A DNA stretch of 64,000 nt, from positions 416,001-480,000 of the forward strand of contig CBDHDG010000005.1 of NCBI GenBank assembly GCA_965261595.1, given 5' to 3'. Position 1 is the first letter of the stretch. Each line of letters opens with the position of its first letter. Positions 39,670 through 49,122 of this stretch are shown piece by piece. The stretch is from a bacterium (GTDB lineage Bacteria > UBA8248 > JACPRG01 > G963555815). The notes below the pieces were generated by a model that searched no databases, was not told the origin of the DNA, and worked only from the letters and a program-made list of their open reading frames with translations. A program made the translations under genes and the position numbers.

Positions 39670-40422
39670 TCAGTGAACCAGAAATCCCCCGTCCGCGACG
39701 AGGTTGTGACCGGTGACGTAGCTGGAGGCGTCGCTCGCGAGAAAGAGGATGGCTTCGGCGATCTCTTCCGGCCTGCCGAGGCGGCCCATCGGGACGTCGG
39801 CCAGGCGGGTTTCCAGCATGGCGGGGTTCGCGTGGTAGGTGTCCGCCAAGCCCTCCGTGTCGGTGGGGCCCGGGGCGACGGAGTTGACCCGGATGTTCTT
39901 CTCGGCCAGCTCGAACGCCAGCGCCCGGGTCATGTTCACAACCGCCCCTTTGGCGAGGCAATAGGCCGAGAGCTTGGCGGCGCCCACGAAACCGAGCTGG
40001 GAGGAGATGTAGATCACCGCGCCGCCGCCGCGCGCCTCCATGTGGGGGACGACCTTCTGTGTGAGGAAGTAGTAGGACGTGACGTTGACCTCGAGGGCGC
40101 GGCGGAACTCCTCGATCTCCACCTCCAGGAACGGCTTGGTCAGCCGCTGGATGTGGGGGACAACGAGCACGTCAATCCCCCCGAACCGCTCGACCGTCCG
40201 GGACACGAAGGCGTCCATGGCGGCGGGGTCGGACGCGTCGTGGACGGCGACGATCACGTCCGCGCCCAGGCCGCGGCATTCCTCTTCCACGCCCGCCATG
40301 GCTTTCGCGTCGAGGTCGATGAGTGTCAGGTCCGCTCCCGCCCGGGCGAAGCGGACGGCCGCTCCCTTCCCGATGCCCATCGCGGCGCCCGTGATGACGG
40401 CGGTTTTCCCTTTCAGGCTCAT
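39670..40422 (-). CDS. SDR family oxidoreductase
   Basis: TGAAMGIG, YCLAK, IRVNSVAPG. Confidence 0.9.
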   Translation of the reverse strand: MSLKGKTAVITGAAMGIGKGAAVRFARAGADLTLIDLDAKAMAGVEEECRGLGADVIVAVHDASDPAAMDAFVSRTVERFGGIDVLVVPHIQRLTKPFLEVEIEEFRRALEVNVTSYYFLTQKVVPHMEARGGGAVIYISSQLGFVGAAKLSAYCLAKGAVVNMTRALAFELAEKNIRVNSVAPGPTDTEGLADTYHANPAMLETRLADVPMGRLGRPEEIAEAILFLASDASSYVTGHNLVADGGFLVH

Positions 40423-40607
40423 CGATCTCTCCTTTTCTCAGTCGGTCGCAGATGATTCCGATGTCCCATTGGGTGTCATCGTCAGCGGGTTGGCAATCTG
40501 AACATCGTGTGCCACTGGCAGCTTGTCTGCCGGCGCCGCCCTTTCTTAAGAAGTCAGGCGCGCGGAGAACAGCCAGTCATCCCTCACGCGCTCGATTGTC
40601 GCCTGTC

Positions 40608-41774
40608 TCATTGGACTTCCTGCCAGATCCTTTCCACGTCCTCCCGGTCCACCGGGCGGGGGTTCGTCCGACGCTGGAAGCTGTCCAGGATGGTCTCCAG
40701 GATATTTTCCGGCAGGACCGCCGAGCGTTCGATCTCCGAGAGCCTGCGCGGCGCCCCGGCTTGATCCGCCAAGCGCGCGATGGCGTCCGCCAGGGCGTCG
40801 GCCGTCATTTTTTGAGGCCGGTCCCCTTCCCGTAAAAGGGCGGGGGCCAGCACCTCCGCCAGAAGCGCGTAATCCTTCTCGGCCGCCGACGCGTTGAACC
40901 GGATCACGTGGGGCATGAACATGGCGCACGACGCGCCATGGGGGATTTGGGTCATGGCCCCGAACGGGTGGGCCAGGGCATGGACGAGACCGAGGCCGGC
41001 GTTCGACATGGACATCCCGGCCATGCAGCTGGCGAAGATCATGGTTTCCGCCGCGCCGGGATCGCTTCGATCCTTCAGGTATCGGTGGAGTCCGTCGGCC
41101 CATCGGCGCGCCGCGCCCAAGGCGAGCGTCTCGGTCATCGGGGTCCGTCCATTGGAAACATAGGACTCGACGATATGGCTCAGGGCGTCCAGGGTGGAGT
41201 GAGCCGCCACCGTCGGGGGCAGGCCGGCCAGAAGCTCCGGGTCGAGGATGGCCAGCCGGGGGCGGATGGCCGGAGAGATCACGACGAACTTGTTTCGACG
41301 CTCCAGGTCGGTGATGACCGCGGCCGCGCCCACCTCGCTCCCCGTTCCGGCGGTGGTCGGAATGGCGACGAGGGAAGGCGGGGGGGCCGGGTAGGCTTCC
41401 CGCGGTCCTTCATAATCCACGGCGGTTCCGCCGTTCGCCGCGACGACGGCGGCGGCCTTCGCCGTGTCGATCGAGCTTCCTCCGCCCAGCCCGATGAAGC
41501 CGTCCGAGCCGGATTCCCGGTAGGCCTCCGCCGCCGCCTGGACGACGCCGACGGGCGGATCGGCCGCCGCGTCCCGGAAGGTGGAGACCTTCAGGCCGGC
41601 TTCTTCCAGGCCGGAGGCGACGCGGCCGAGGATTCCCGACTCGGCGACGCCGGGGTCGGTGACGATCAGGGGCCTTTCGATGCCGATTTTCTTGATCGGG
41701 TCGCCCGCGCGCGTGGATGACCCGGCGCCCGAGAGGATTGCGCCCGGTGTTTGAAACCGCGTCGTGTTCGTCAT
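40608..41774 (-). CDS. iron-containing alcohol dehydrogenase
   Basis: GLGGGSSID.AK, IPTTAGTGSE, DALSH..ESY, GLVHALAH, PHG. Confidence 0.92.
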   Translation of the reverse strand: MTNTTRFQTPGAILSGAGSSTRAGDPIKKIGIERPLIVTDPGVAESGILGRVASGLEEAGLKVSTFRDAAADPPVGVVQAAAEAYRESGSDGFIGLGGGSSIDTAKAAAVVAANGGTAVDYEGPREAYPAPPPSLVAIPTTAGTGSEVGAAAVITDLERRNKFVVISPAIRPRLAILDPELLAGLPPTVAAHSTLDALSHIVESYVSNGRTPMTETLALGAARRWADGLHRYLKDRSDPGAAETMIFASCMAGMSMSNAGLGLVHALAHPFGAMTQIPHGASCAMFMPHVIRFNASAAEKDYALLAEVLAPALLREGDRPQKMTADALADAIARLADQAGAPRRLSEIERSAVLPENILETILDSFQRRTNPRPVDREDVERIWQEVQ

Positions 41775-41824
41775 CGTCCTTTCTCCTGGCAGATCCTTCG
41801 GGTCCGGCGGGTCAGGTCCGTTGG

Positions 41825-43429
41825 TCATCCCTCCGGGGTCGATCCCTCCCTCTCCTCGGGCGGTCCGTATCCCCCTCCGCCGGAGGTCTCCATCAGGATG
41901 ACATCCCCCTCGGTGAGCGGGAGGCTTTCCTTTCCGCGGATCGGCCGCTCGCCGGGGCCGGGGTTCAGGGTGACGCGGAACGTCTGGCCGGGCTCGCCGC
42001 CGAACGCGCCCCAGGGGGGGACCTGCCGCCTTTCGAGCATGGTCGTGACGCGCGCCTCGGAGGCCAGCATCCGGTAGCGCCGCCGGATGCCGAGGCCCCC
42101 CCGTCTTCGCCCGGCCCCCGCGCTTCCGTCCCGCAGCGCATACTCTTCGACCCGCATGGGATACTCGGCCTCGAGGACCTCGATGGGGGTGTTCATCACA
42201 TTGCTCATGTGTACCCGCGTGGCGTTGCTCCCGTCCCGGTGGGCGGCCGCGCCCGCGCCGCCGCCGTGGACTTCGTAGAGGATGAACGTCGTGCCGTCCG
42301 CCTTCTTTCCGCTGAACAGCGTGAGACCCGAGGTCGCCGGCCCGCCCGCGGTGATCCGATCGGGCAGGACCGGGGCCAGCGCCCGGAAGACGGCGTCCAC
42401 GATCACCTGGGACGTCTCGTGGTTTCCCCCGACCAGCGGGGCCTCCCGGCCCGGGTTGACCAAGGTGTTCTCGGGCGCGTGGACGGCGAGGGGCCGGCAA
42501 CACCCGTCGTTCATGGGGATGCCCCGGCCCACGAGGACGCGCATGCTGTAAAAGACGGACGCCGCCGCGATGAAGGGGGTCGTGTTGATGGGAAAGGGGA
42601 CCGGGGGGGACGTGCCGGTGAAGTCGAACGCCGCCCGGTCCCCCTCGATGCGGATGGCCAGGCGGATGGGCAGAGGCGCGCCCCCTTCCTCCATGCTGTC
42701 CATGAACTCCTCCGCCTCGTACAACCCGTCCGGGATGGCGGCGATCTCCCGCCGCATCCGGGTCTCCGATTCCTCCTGCATCCGCTCGAACGCCGCCAGG
42801 GTCGTCGCGCGCCCCCACTGGCCGAAGATGTCGAACAGGCGCGATTCCGCCACGGTCTGGCCAGCGTATTGCCCGAGGATGTCGCCCTCCCGCTCTTCCG
42901 GGTTCCGGACGTTCTCCAGAATGAAATCCAGCGTTTCCCGAACGGGACGGTCCGCCGAAAATATCTTGATCGGGGGGATTCGCAACCCCTCCTGATAGGT
43001 CTCCGTGGCGTCCGGAACGTAGCTGCCGGGCAGCGCCCCGCCGGTGTCCGGCCAGTGGGCGAGACAGACGGCGAAGGCGGACAGCGCTCCGTCGTAAAAC
43101 ACCGGCCGGATCGCTTTGACGTCGGGCAGGTGGTTGCCGCCGATCTCCGGCAGGTTCGTCAGGTACACGTCGCCGGGACGCAGGTCTTCCGGCGGGACGA
43201 CCTTGAGAAACTCCTTCACCGTGAAGGCCATGACCCCCAGGTGGACGGGCGTGTCCTGGCCCTGGGCGATGACCCGCCCCCGGGCGTCGGTCAGGACGCA
43301 CGAGAGGTCCCCCGCCTCCTTCAGCAGGGGCGCCCGCGCCGAGCGCATGACGATGAAGCGCATCTCCTCCGAGGTCGCGAGGACGGCGTTGCGGATCAGC
43401 TCCAGGGTGACGGGATCGATGCGGCTCAT
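41825..43429 (-). CDS. hydantoinase B / oxoprolinase family protein
   Basis: IDPVTLE, EAGDLS, GGNHLPD, HWPDTGG, NTPIEVLE, GGGGYGPP. Confidence 0.92.
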   Translation of the reverse strand: MSRIDPVTLELIRNAVLATSEEMRFIVMRSARAPLLKEAGDLSCVLTDARGRVIAQGQDTPVHLGVMAFTVKEFLKVVPPEDLRPGDVYLTNLPEIGGNHLPDVKAIRPVFYDGALSAFAVCLAHWPDTGGALPGSYVPDATETYQEGLRIPPIKIFSADRPVRETLDFILENVRNPEEREGDILGQYAGQTVAESRLFDIFGQWGRATTLAAFERMQEESETRMRREIAAIPDGLYEAEEFMDSMEEGGAPLPIRLAIRIEGDRAAFDFTGTSPPVPFPINTTPFIAAASVFYSMRVLVGRGIPMNDGCCRPLAVHAPENTLVNPGREAPLVGGNHETSQVIVDAVFRALAPVLPDRITAGGPATSGLTLFSGKKADGTTFILYEVHGGGAGAAAHRDGSNATRVHMSNVMNTPIEVLEAEYPMRVEEYALRDGSAGAGRRRGGLGIRRRYRMLASEARVTTMLERRQVPPWGAFGGEPGQTFRVTLNPGPGERPIRGKESLPLTEGDVILMETSGGGGYGPPEEREGSTPEG

Positions 43430-45453
43430 GGCTTCATCCGGAGGATCAGGCGCCCCCGGCCGTCCACCGTGAGCGAGCGGCCGGGCGGCAGGACCGTGAC
43501 GGACCATTCATCCTCGACGACGGCCGGCCCTTCGACCCGGTCGTCCGGGCCCAGGGCGGCGCGGTTCAGGATGGGCGTTTCAATCCGCTCGCCGTCGAAA
43601 TCCACCTCGCGGCGGCCCGCTTCGCGCTCCGCCGCCGCGTCCGGGCGGCGCTCCCCCGCGGTCCGCGTTTCCGTTGTCACGACGGCGGCGACCCGGACGT
43701 TCACGCACTCCACGGCCTCTTCCGTCACGTAGTGGTAGAGCGCCTCGTGCTCCCGATCGAACGCGCCCCGGACCTCGGCGGCCGACCAGCCGTTCACCCC
43801 GGTCAGGGGGATCTCGATCTCGTAGTTTTGCCGTTTGTAGCGGAGGTCCAGGGAGGGCTGGACCTGGATCGAATCCGGCGCGCACCCCTCTTCGATGAGG
43901 AGGTCCCGGGTGGCCCCCAGGAGATCATCCCAGAGGGGTTTCAGCGCCTCCGGCGAGAGGTCCTCCAGGAATACAGGGTGGGTCCTGACGGCCTCGTAGC
44001 GCAGGTCGGACGTGAGGCACCCCAGGGCCGAGAAGACCGAGGAGTCGGCCGGCACGATCACGGTCTCCATGTCGAGCGCCGCCGCCAGGGATGCCGCATG
44101 GACCGGCCCCACGCCTCCGTAGGCCACGAGCGCCCCTTCGCGAACGTCGCGGCCCCGCTTGATCGAGACGAGCCGGAGCGCGCCCAGGACGTTCGCCTCG
44201 GCGATGGCGACGATGCCCCGCGCGCTCTCCTCCAGGGTCATCCCCAGCGCCCCGGCGAGGCGGCCCACCGCTTCTTCCGCCGCCTCGCGGCGCAGGCGAA
44301 TCTTCCCGCCCAGGACGGCGTCGGGATTGAGACGGCCGAGGAGCAGGTTGGCGTCGGTCAGCGTGGGCTCCGTTCCCCCGAGGCCGTAACAGGCCGGTCC
44401 CGGGTTCGCGCCCGCGCTTCGGGGGCCGACGTGGAGGGCCCCCACGTCGTCCGTCCAGGCCAGCGAGCCCCCCCCGGCGCCGATGCTCTCGACCGCGACC
44501 GACCGCAGCCGGAAGGGCTGGCCGGCGACCTGTCTTTGGGCCATGAGCTCGGCGCGGCCGTTTTCGATGAGGCAAACGTCCGTTGTCGTGCCCCCCATGT
44601 CCAGGGCCAAGGCGCGGTCGCACCCCAACTCCCGCGTCAGGGCGCAGACCGCCGTCACGCCTGCCGCCGGGCCGGACATGACGAGGTTCAAGGGCTTTCG
44701 CCGCACGGCGGATTCGGACATCATTCCGCCGTTGGACTGGACGAGGTGGAGATGGGCGTCCCGGCCCGCCAGGTCGGTGTCCAGGTGAGAGAGGAAATCC
44801 GAGACGGTGGGCATCAGGTAGGCGTTCAGAACGGTCGTGAGCGCGCGCTCGTATTCCCGGAACTCGGCGTTGACTTCGGACGAGAGGCTGACGTGGTCGA
44901 ACGCCTCCCGCAGGGCGTCGCCCAAGGTCCTTTCGTGCGCCGGATTCGCGTAGGCGTGGAGCAGGCAGACGGCCACCGACTCGACCTCGGCGTCCTTGAG
45001 CCGCCGGATCAGGTCCGGGATCTCGTCGGTTCGGATGGGCGTCAGGACCCGGCCGGAGACGTCCAGCCGCTCGGCGATCTCGAAGCAGAGGTCCCGGGGG
45101 ACGAAGGGCGGCTGGCGGGAAGGCTTTTGGATCTCGTAGATATCGTCCCGCGACTGCCGGGCGATTTCGAGGAGGTCGCGAAATCCCCGTGTGGCGATCA
45201 GGGCCGTTCGCGCCCCCCGCCGTTCCTCCAGCGCGTTGGTGGCCACGGTGGTGCCGTGGACGATCTCCAGTCCCCGCAGGCCCCCGCCCGCGTCTTGAGC
45301 CACCCGTTCGAGGACGTGGAGGAGCGCCGCCGCCGGGCGGGCCGGATCGCTCGGGACCTTGAAAACCGTGGAGGTCCCGTTCGGGGAAAGGGCGACGACG
45401 TCGGTGAACGTTCCCCCGACGTCCACGCCGATCTTCCAGGAGGGTTGAGTCAT
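43426..45453 (-). CDS. hydantoinase A / oxoprolinase family ATP-binding subunit
   Basis: GVDVGGTFTD, HGTTVATN, SGPAAG, DMGGTT, GAGGGS. Confidence 0.93.
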   Translation of the reverse strand: MTQPSWKIGVDVGGTFTDVVALSPNGTSTVFKVPSDPARPAAALLHVLERVAQDAGGGLRGLEIVHGTTVATNALEERRGARTALIATRGFRDLLEIARQSRDDIYEIQKPSRQPPFVPRDLCFEIAERLDVSGRVLTPIRTDEIPDLIRRLKDAEVESVAVCLLHAYANPAHERTLGDALREAFDHVSLSSEVNAEFREYERALTTVLNAYLMPTVSDFLSHLDTDLAGRDAHLHLVQSNGGMMSESAVRRKPLNLVMSGPAAGVTAVCALTRELGCDRALALDMGGTTTDVCLIENGRAELMAQRQVAGQPFRLRSVAVESIGAGGGSLAWTDDVGALHVGPRSAGANPGPACYGLGGTEPTLTDANLLLGRLNPDAVLGGKIRLRREAAEEAVGRLAGALGMTLEESARGIVAIAEANVLGALRLVSIKRGRDVREGALVAYGGVGPVHAASLAAALDMETVIVPADSSVFSALGCLTSDLRYEAVRTHPVFLEDLSPEALKPLWDDLLGATRDLLIEEGCAPDSIQVQPSLDLRYKRQNYEIEIPLTGVNGWSAAEVRGAFDREHEALYHYVTEEAVECVNVRVAAVVTTETRTAGERRPDAAAEREAGRREVDFDGERIETPILNRAALGPDDRVEGPAVVEDEWSVTVLPPGRSLTVDGRGRLILRMKP

Positions 45454-45492
45454 CGGTGACGCTTTCCTGATGAAACGGTTGAGGCGATTGAT

Positions 45493-47841
45493 TCAGGCAC
45501 CCGAGCCGGCCGCCGATCGGGCGGCCAGGGCGGACAGGACCCGCTCGGGCGTGACGGGAAGCTCCCGGACCGGCTCGCCCAGGGCGTCGGCCACGGCCAG
45601 GGCGATCGCCGAGGCGGCGGGGGTGAGGGCGGGCTCGCCGATCCCCTTGGCCCCGAACGGCCCCAGTCCGCTGCCGGATTCCAGGATCTCGGTCTTCACG
45701 TCCGGCGTGTCCAGGGCCGTGGGCAGCAGGTAAGTTTCCAGGTTTTCGGTTTCGGTGACGCCGGCTCGAAGGACAACCTCCTCCATCAGCCCCTGGCCGA
45801 GACCCATGTAGGCCCCGCCTTCCATCTGGCCTTCGACGCTGGTCCGGTTCACGGCTTTGCCCACGTCGAAGCAGGACGAGAGCCGGCGCACGATCACCTC
45901 GCCGGTTTCGGCGTCCACGGCCACTTCCGCGCCGACGGCGCCGAACGTGTAATCGTTGAACGCCCGGCCCCGGCCCGTCGCCGGGTCGATGGGATCGCCG
46001 CCGGGGGCGTCCCATTTGGACAGGTTGCCCAGCGGCTTTCCAGTCGCGGCCATCCGGCGGACGACCTCGGAGAGTCCGAGCCCCCGCTCGGGAAATCCCC
46101 GCACGGCGGCGCGTCCGGCCCCCAGCTCGATCTCCTCGGGCGAGACCTCGAGCATGTCCGCCGCCACCTCCAGCAGGTCCCGGCGGATCTGAAAGCATGA
46201 TTCCAGGATGGCGTTGCCGCTCATCATGAGCTGTCGGGTGGCGGTGGTCGTCCCGGCCAGGGGGGTGAGTTGGCTGTCCGCCCGCTGGACGGTGATTCCG
46301 CCCGGGTCGACGCCGAGGACTTCCGAGGCCAGGGTGGCCATGGAGGAGGCCTGTCCGCCTCCGTGGTCCGGGGTCCCGGTGCGGATCACCAGGCTCCCGT
46401 CCATCTCGAACCCGACCCAGGCCTGGGCGCTGTCGTGCGTCCAGTGCATGCGCCCGTAGGGGGTGATGCCGGCGGCCACCCCCCGGCCGATCAGGGGCCG
46501 GCCCGGCGCCGCTCCGCTCCCGGACGGGCCGTCCTGCGAAAGCGCCTCCCGGCAGCGCCGGGCCGCCTCGGCCAGCTCCACCTCCGAGCGGATGTCTTCC
46601 CCGGTGCCGAGGGCGTCTCCTTTGCGGAGGTAGTTGATCTCCCGGAACCGGCCTGGGTCCATGCCGAGGGCGCGGGCCGCCGCGTCCATCTGCATCTCGT
46701 AGGCGAAATTGGACTGGAGCGAGCCAAAGCACCGCATGGCGCTGGCGAAGGTGTTGTTGGTGTAAACGCCCTTTGCGTCCACATGGACGTTGGGGATCCG
46801 GTACGGGCCGGTCGCGGTGACGGCCGAGTAGTGGACGACCCAGACGGTCAGGTAGGCGTAGGCGCCGCCGTCGGCCAGGAGGTCGGCCTCCAGGGCCGTG
46901 ATCCGTCCGTCCCGCGTCACGCCTGTTTTGTACCGCATGACGTAGGGGTGCCGCTTTCCGTGGGCGAGGATGGATTCCTCCCGTTTGTATTCCAGGCGCA
47001 CGGGCCGCCTCGTCTTCCAGGCCAGCAGTCCCAAGAAGACCTCGACGGTGACGTCCTCTTTGCCCCCGAAGCCGCCGCCCAGATAGGCGCACCGGATGCG
47101 GACCTTGCTGTCCGGAATCCCGAGGGCCTGGGCGACGTCCCGGTAGTGTTCGAGCACCTGGGTGCCCACATTGATGTTGATGACCTGGTCGTCGTCCACC
47201 CAGGCGACGCCGGTCTCCGTCTCCAGGTACGCGTGGTCGATCCACTGGGTTGTGTAGCGGTTTTCGACGATGATGTCGGCCTCGGCGAAACCGGCCTCGA
47301 TGTCGCCCCGGCGAACGGACCAATGGCAGACGAGGTTTCCGCCCTTGTGGACGCGGGGGGCGTCGGGACGGAGGGCTTCGAGGGGGTCGAACACGCCGGG
47401 CAGCGGCTCGTAATCGACCGCGACGCGGGCGAGCGCCTCCTCGGCGGCGTCCTCAGTCTCCGCGGCCACCAGGGCCACGGGCTCGCCCAGGTAACGAACG
47501 CGGTCTCCGGCGAGGATCTGGTGGAAGGCCGTGTGCGCCCCTTCGCCCGCATCGGACATGCGCCCCGGCAGACCGGCGAGGAGCTCGTTGCGCGGCACGT
47601 CTTCAGCCGTCAGGACGCAGGCCACGCCGGGCACGGCCAGCGCCGCCGTTTTGTCGATCCCGCCGATCCGGGCCGAGGGATGTTTCGCGTGGAGCACCCG
47701 GCCGACCAGGGCGTTGCGGGGGATGTCGTCGGATGCGTAGCGGAGGACGCCCCCGGCCTTGTCCACCGCGTCGTGGCGGATCATCCGCCCGCCGACCCCA
47801 TGGGGGCTTCCCCGCGTTTTCATCCGATCCTTGACCGCCAT
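45493..47841 (-). CDS. xanthine dehydrogenase family Mo-binding subunit (active-site loop AMRCFG)
   Basis: GGGFGGKE, SAMRCFGSLQ, EGQMEGG, GAKGIGEP. Confidence 0.92.
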   Translation of the reverse strand: MAVKDRMKTRGSPHGVGGRMIRHDAVDKAGGVLRYASDDIPRNALVGRVLHAKHPSARIGGIDKTAALAVPGVACVLTAEDVPRNELLAGLPGRMSDAGEGAHTAFHQILAGDRVRYLGEPVALVAAETEDAAEEALARVAVDYEPLPGVFDPLEALRPDAPRVHKGGNLVCHWSVRRGDIEAGFAEADIIVENRYTTQWIDHAYLETETGVAWVDDDQVININVGTQVLEHYRDVAQALGIPDSKVRIRCAYLGGGFGGKEDVTVEVFLGLLAWKTRRPVRLEYKREESILAHGKRHPYVMRYKTGVTRDGRITALEADLLADGGAYAYLTVWVVHYSAVTATGPYRIPNVHVDAKGVYTNNTFASAMRCFGSLQSNFAYEMQMDAAARALGMDPGRFREINYLRKGDALGTGEDIRSEVELAEAARRCREALSQDGPSGSGAAPGRPLIGRGVAAGITPYGRMHWTHDSAQAWVGFEMDGSLVIRTGTPDHGGGQASSMATLASEVLGVDPGGITVQRADSQLTPLAGTTTATRQLMMSGNAILESCFQIRRDLLEVAADMLEVSPEEIELGAGRAAVRGFPERGLGLSEVVRRMAATGKPLGNLSKWDAPGGDPIDPATGRGRAFNDYTFGAVGAEVAVDAETGEVIVRRLSSCFDVGKAVNRTSVEGQMEGGAYMGLGQGLMEEVVLRAGVTETENLETYLLPTALDTPDVKTEILESGSGLGPFGAKGIGEPALTPAASAIALAVADALGEPVRELPVTPERVLSALAARSAAGSGA

Positions 47842-47871
47842 CGAGTCCGAACCCCCGGGCAAAAGCCCCTG

Positions 47872-48702
47872 CTAAACGTCCCAGCCGCTGTCGATGATCA
47901 GGGCTTGGCCCGTCATGTTGCGGGATTTTTCCGAGCAGAGGTACAGGACCGCGGCGGCGATCTCTTCTTCGTCCGGAAAACGGCCCAGGGCCATCTCGCT
48001 GGTGTACTTCTTGTAGACCTCGTCCCTCGTCTGATTCCAGGCCTGGGCCTTTTCCTGGATGATTTTTTCCATCCGGTCTCCGTAGATGGGACCGGGGCAG
48101 ATGCAATTGACGTTGATGTTATGAGGGCCCAGCTCGAGCGCCAAGGTCCGCGTGAAGCCGCGCACGGCCCACTTGGAGGAGGAATAGGACGCGCGGTTGA
48201 TGTAACCCCGGAGCCCGGAGGTCCCGGAGATGTTCACGATCTTCCCCCACTTCTTCTCCAGGAGGGTCGGGATGACGTGCTTGCAGCAAAGGAACGTCCC
48301 CTTCAGGTTGACGCCGAGAACGTAGTCCCAATCCTCGACGGAAATCTTGTGGACCGGGGTCTCCACCGGGCCGATGACGCCCGAGGTGTTGACGAGGATG
48401 TCGATGCCGCCGAACGCTTTCAGGGTCTCATCGAGCATGGCCTTCACCTGGTCCTCTTCCCGGACATCCAGGGAGAGGGTGACCGCCTCGACGCCGGGGA
48501 CTTCCTTGCGGATCTCCTCGACCTGGGCGTCCAGCGCGGCCACGTCCCGCGCGCACAGGGCAAGACGCGCGCCTTCCCGGGCCAGGTCCAGGGAGATCCG
48601 TCCGCCCATCCCTTTGGCGCCGCCGGTGATGATGGCGACCCTGTCCGCAAATTCACCTTTGCCGTTTTTCGGTTTCGCGTTCAATGTTCTTTCCGCCTCC
48701 AT
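47872..48702 (-). CDS. SDR family oxidoreductase
   Basis: TGGAKGMG, YSSSK, NVNCICPG. Confidence 0.9.
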   Translation of the reverse strand: MEAERTLNAKPKNGKGEFADRVAIITGGAKGMGGRISLDLAREGARLALCARDVAALDAQVEEIRKEVPGVEAVTLSLDVREEDQVKAMLDETLKAFGGIDILVNTSGVIGPVETPVHKISVEDWDYVLGVNLKGTFLCCKHVIPTLLEKKWGKIVNISGTSGLRGYINRASYSSSKWAVRGFTRTLALELGPHNINVNCICPGPIYGDRMEKIIQEKAQAWNQTRDEVYKKYTSEMALGRFPDEEEIAAAVLYLCSEKSRNMTGQALIIDSGWDV

Positions 48703-49122
48703 GGGGACCCCGCGCGGGCCGGCCCCTTGTTAAGGGTTTTGCCCAGGGCTGTCAACTTCCGGCGGGCCGTGCGGCCGCCCGGGAATGCGGACCGATCCAC
48801 CGAAAATTCAGCGTTGCCGGTTGTTCTTTCGTCTGTTCCGCTTCTGAATATTAACCAAGGGTTGTCCGGAAGGGAAGTTTCCGGACGGCCCGCCTGAATG
48901 GAAAACCGTCCGCCCACCCGGCCGGGTTCCCGCACATGATGAATTCCGGTATTATGACATGAAGAAAGTTAAAAGGTCTTGAACGGACGGAATAGGGACG
49001 CCCGATCCCGGGGAGGAACTTCCCCGGGGCGGGAGGAAAGCCGTCCGAAGCGCGGGTGAATCGCCTTTTCAATTCACGGCGAATTTCGCCGACGGTAACA
49101 CTTCATCGGTTGGGGGGAGAAC

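Noticed and set aside
43925..47323. Very long alternative ORFs (e.g. 43925..47323, 46270..48897, 27265..29508, the 5' part of 19807..22842)
   Set aside because: They are antisense or off-frame shadows of recognisable genes in high-GC DNA and carry no family motifs.
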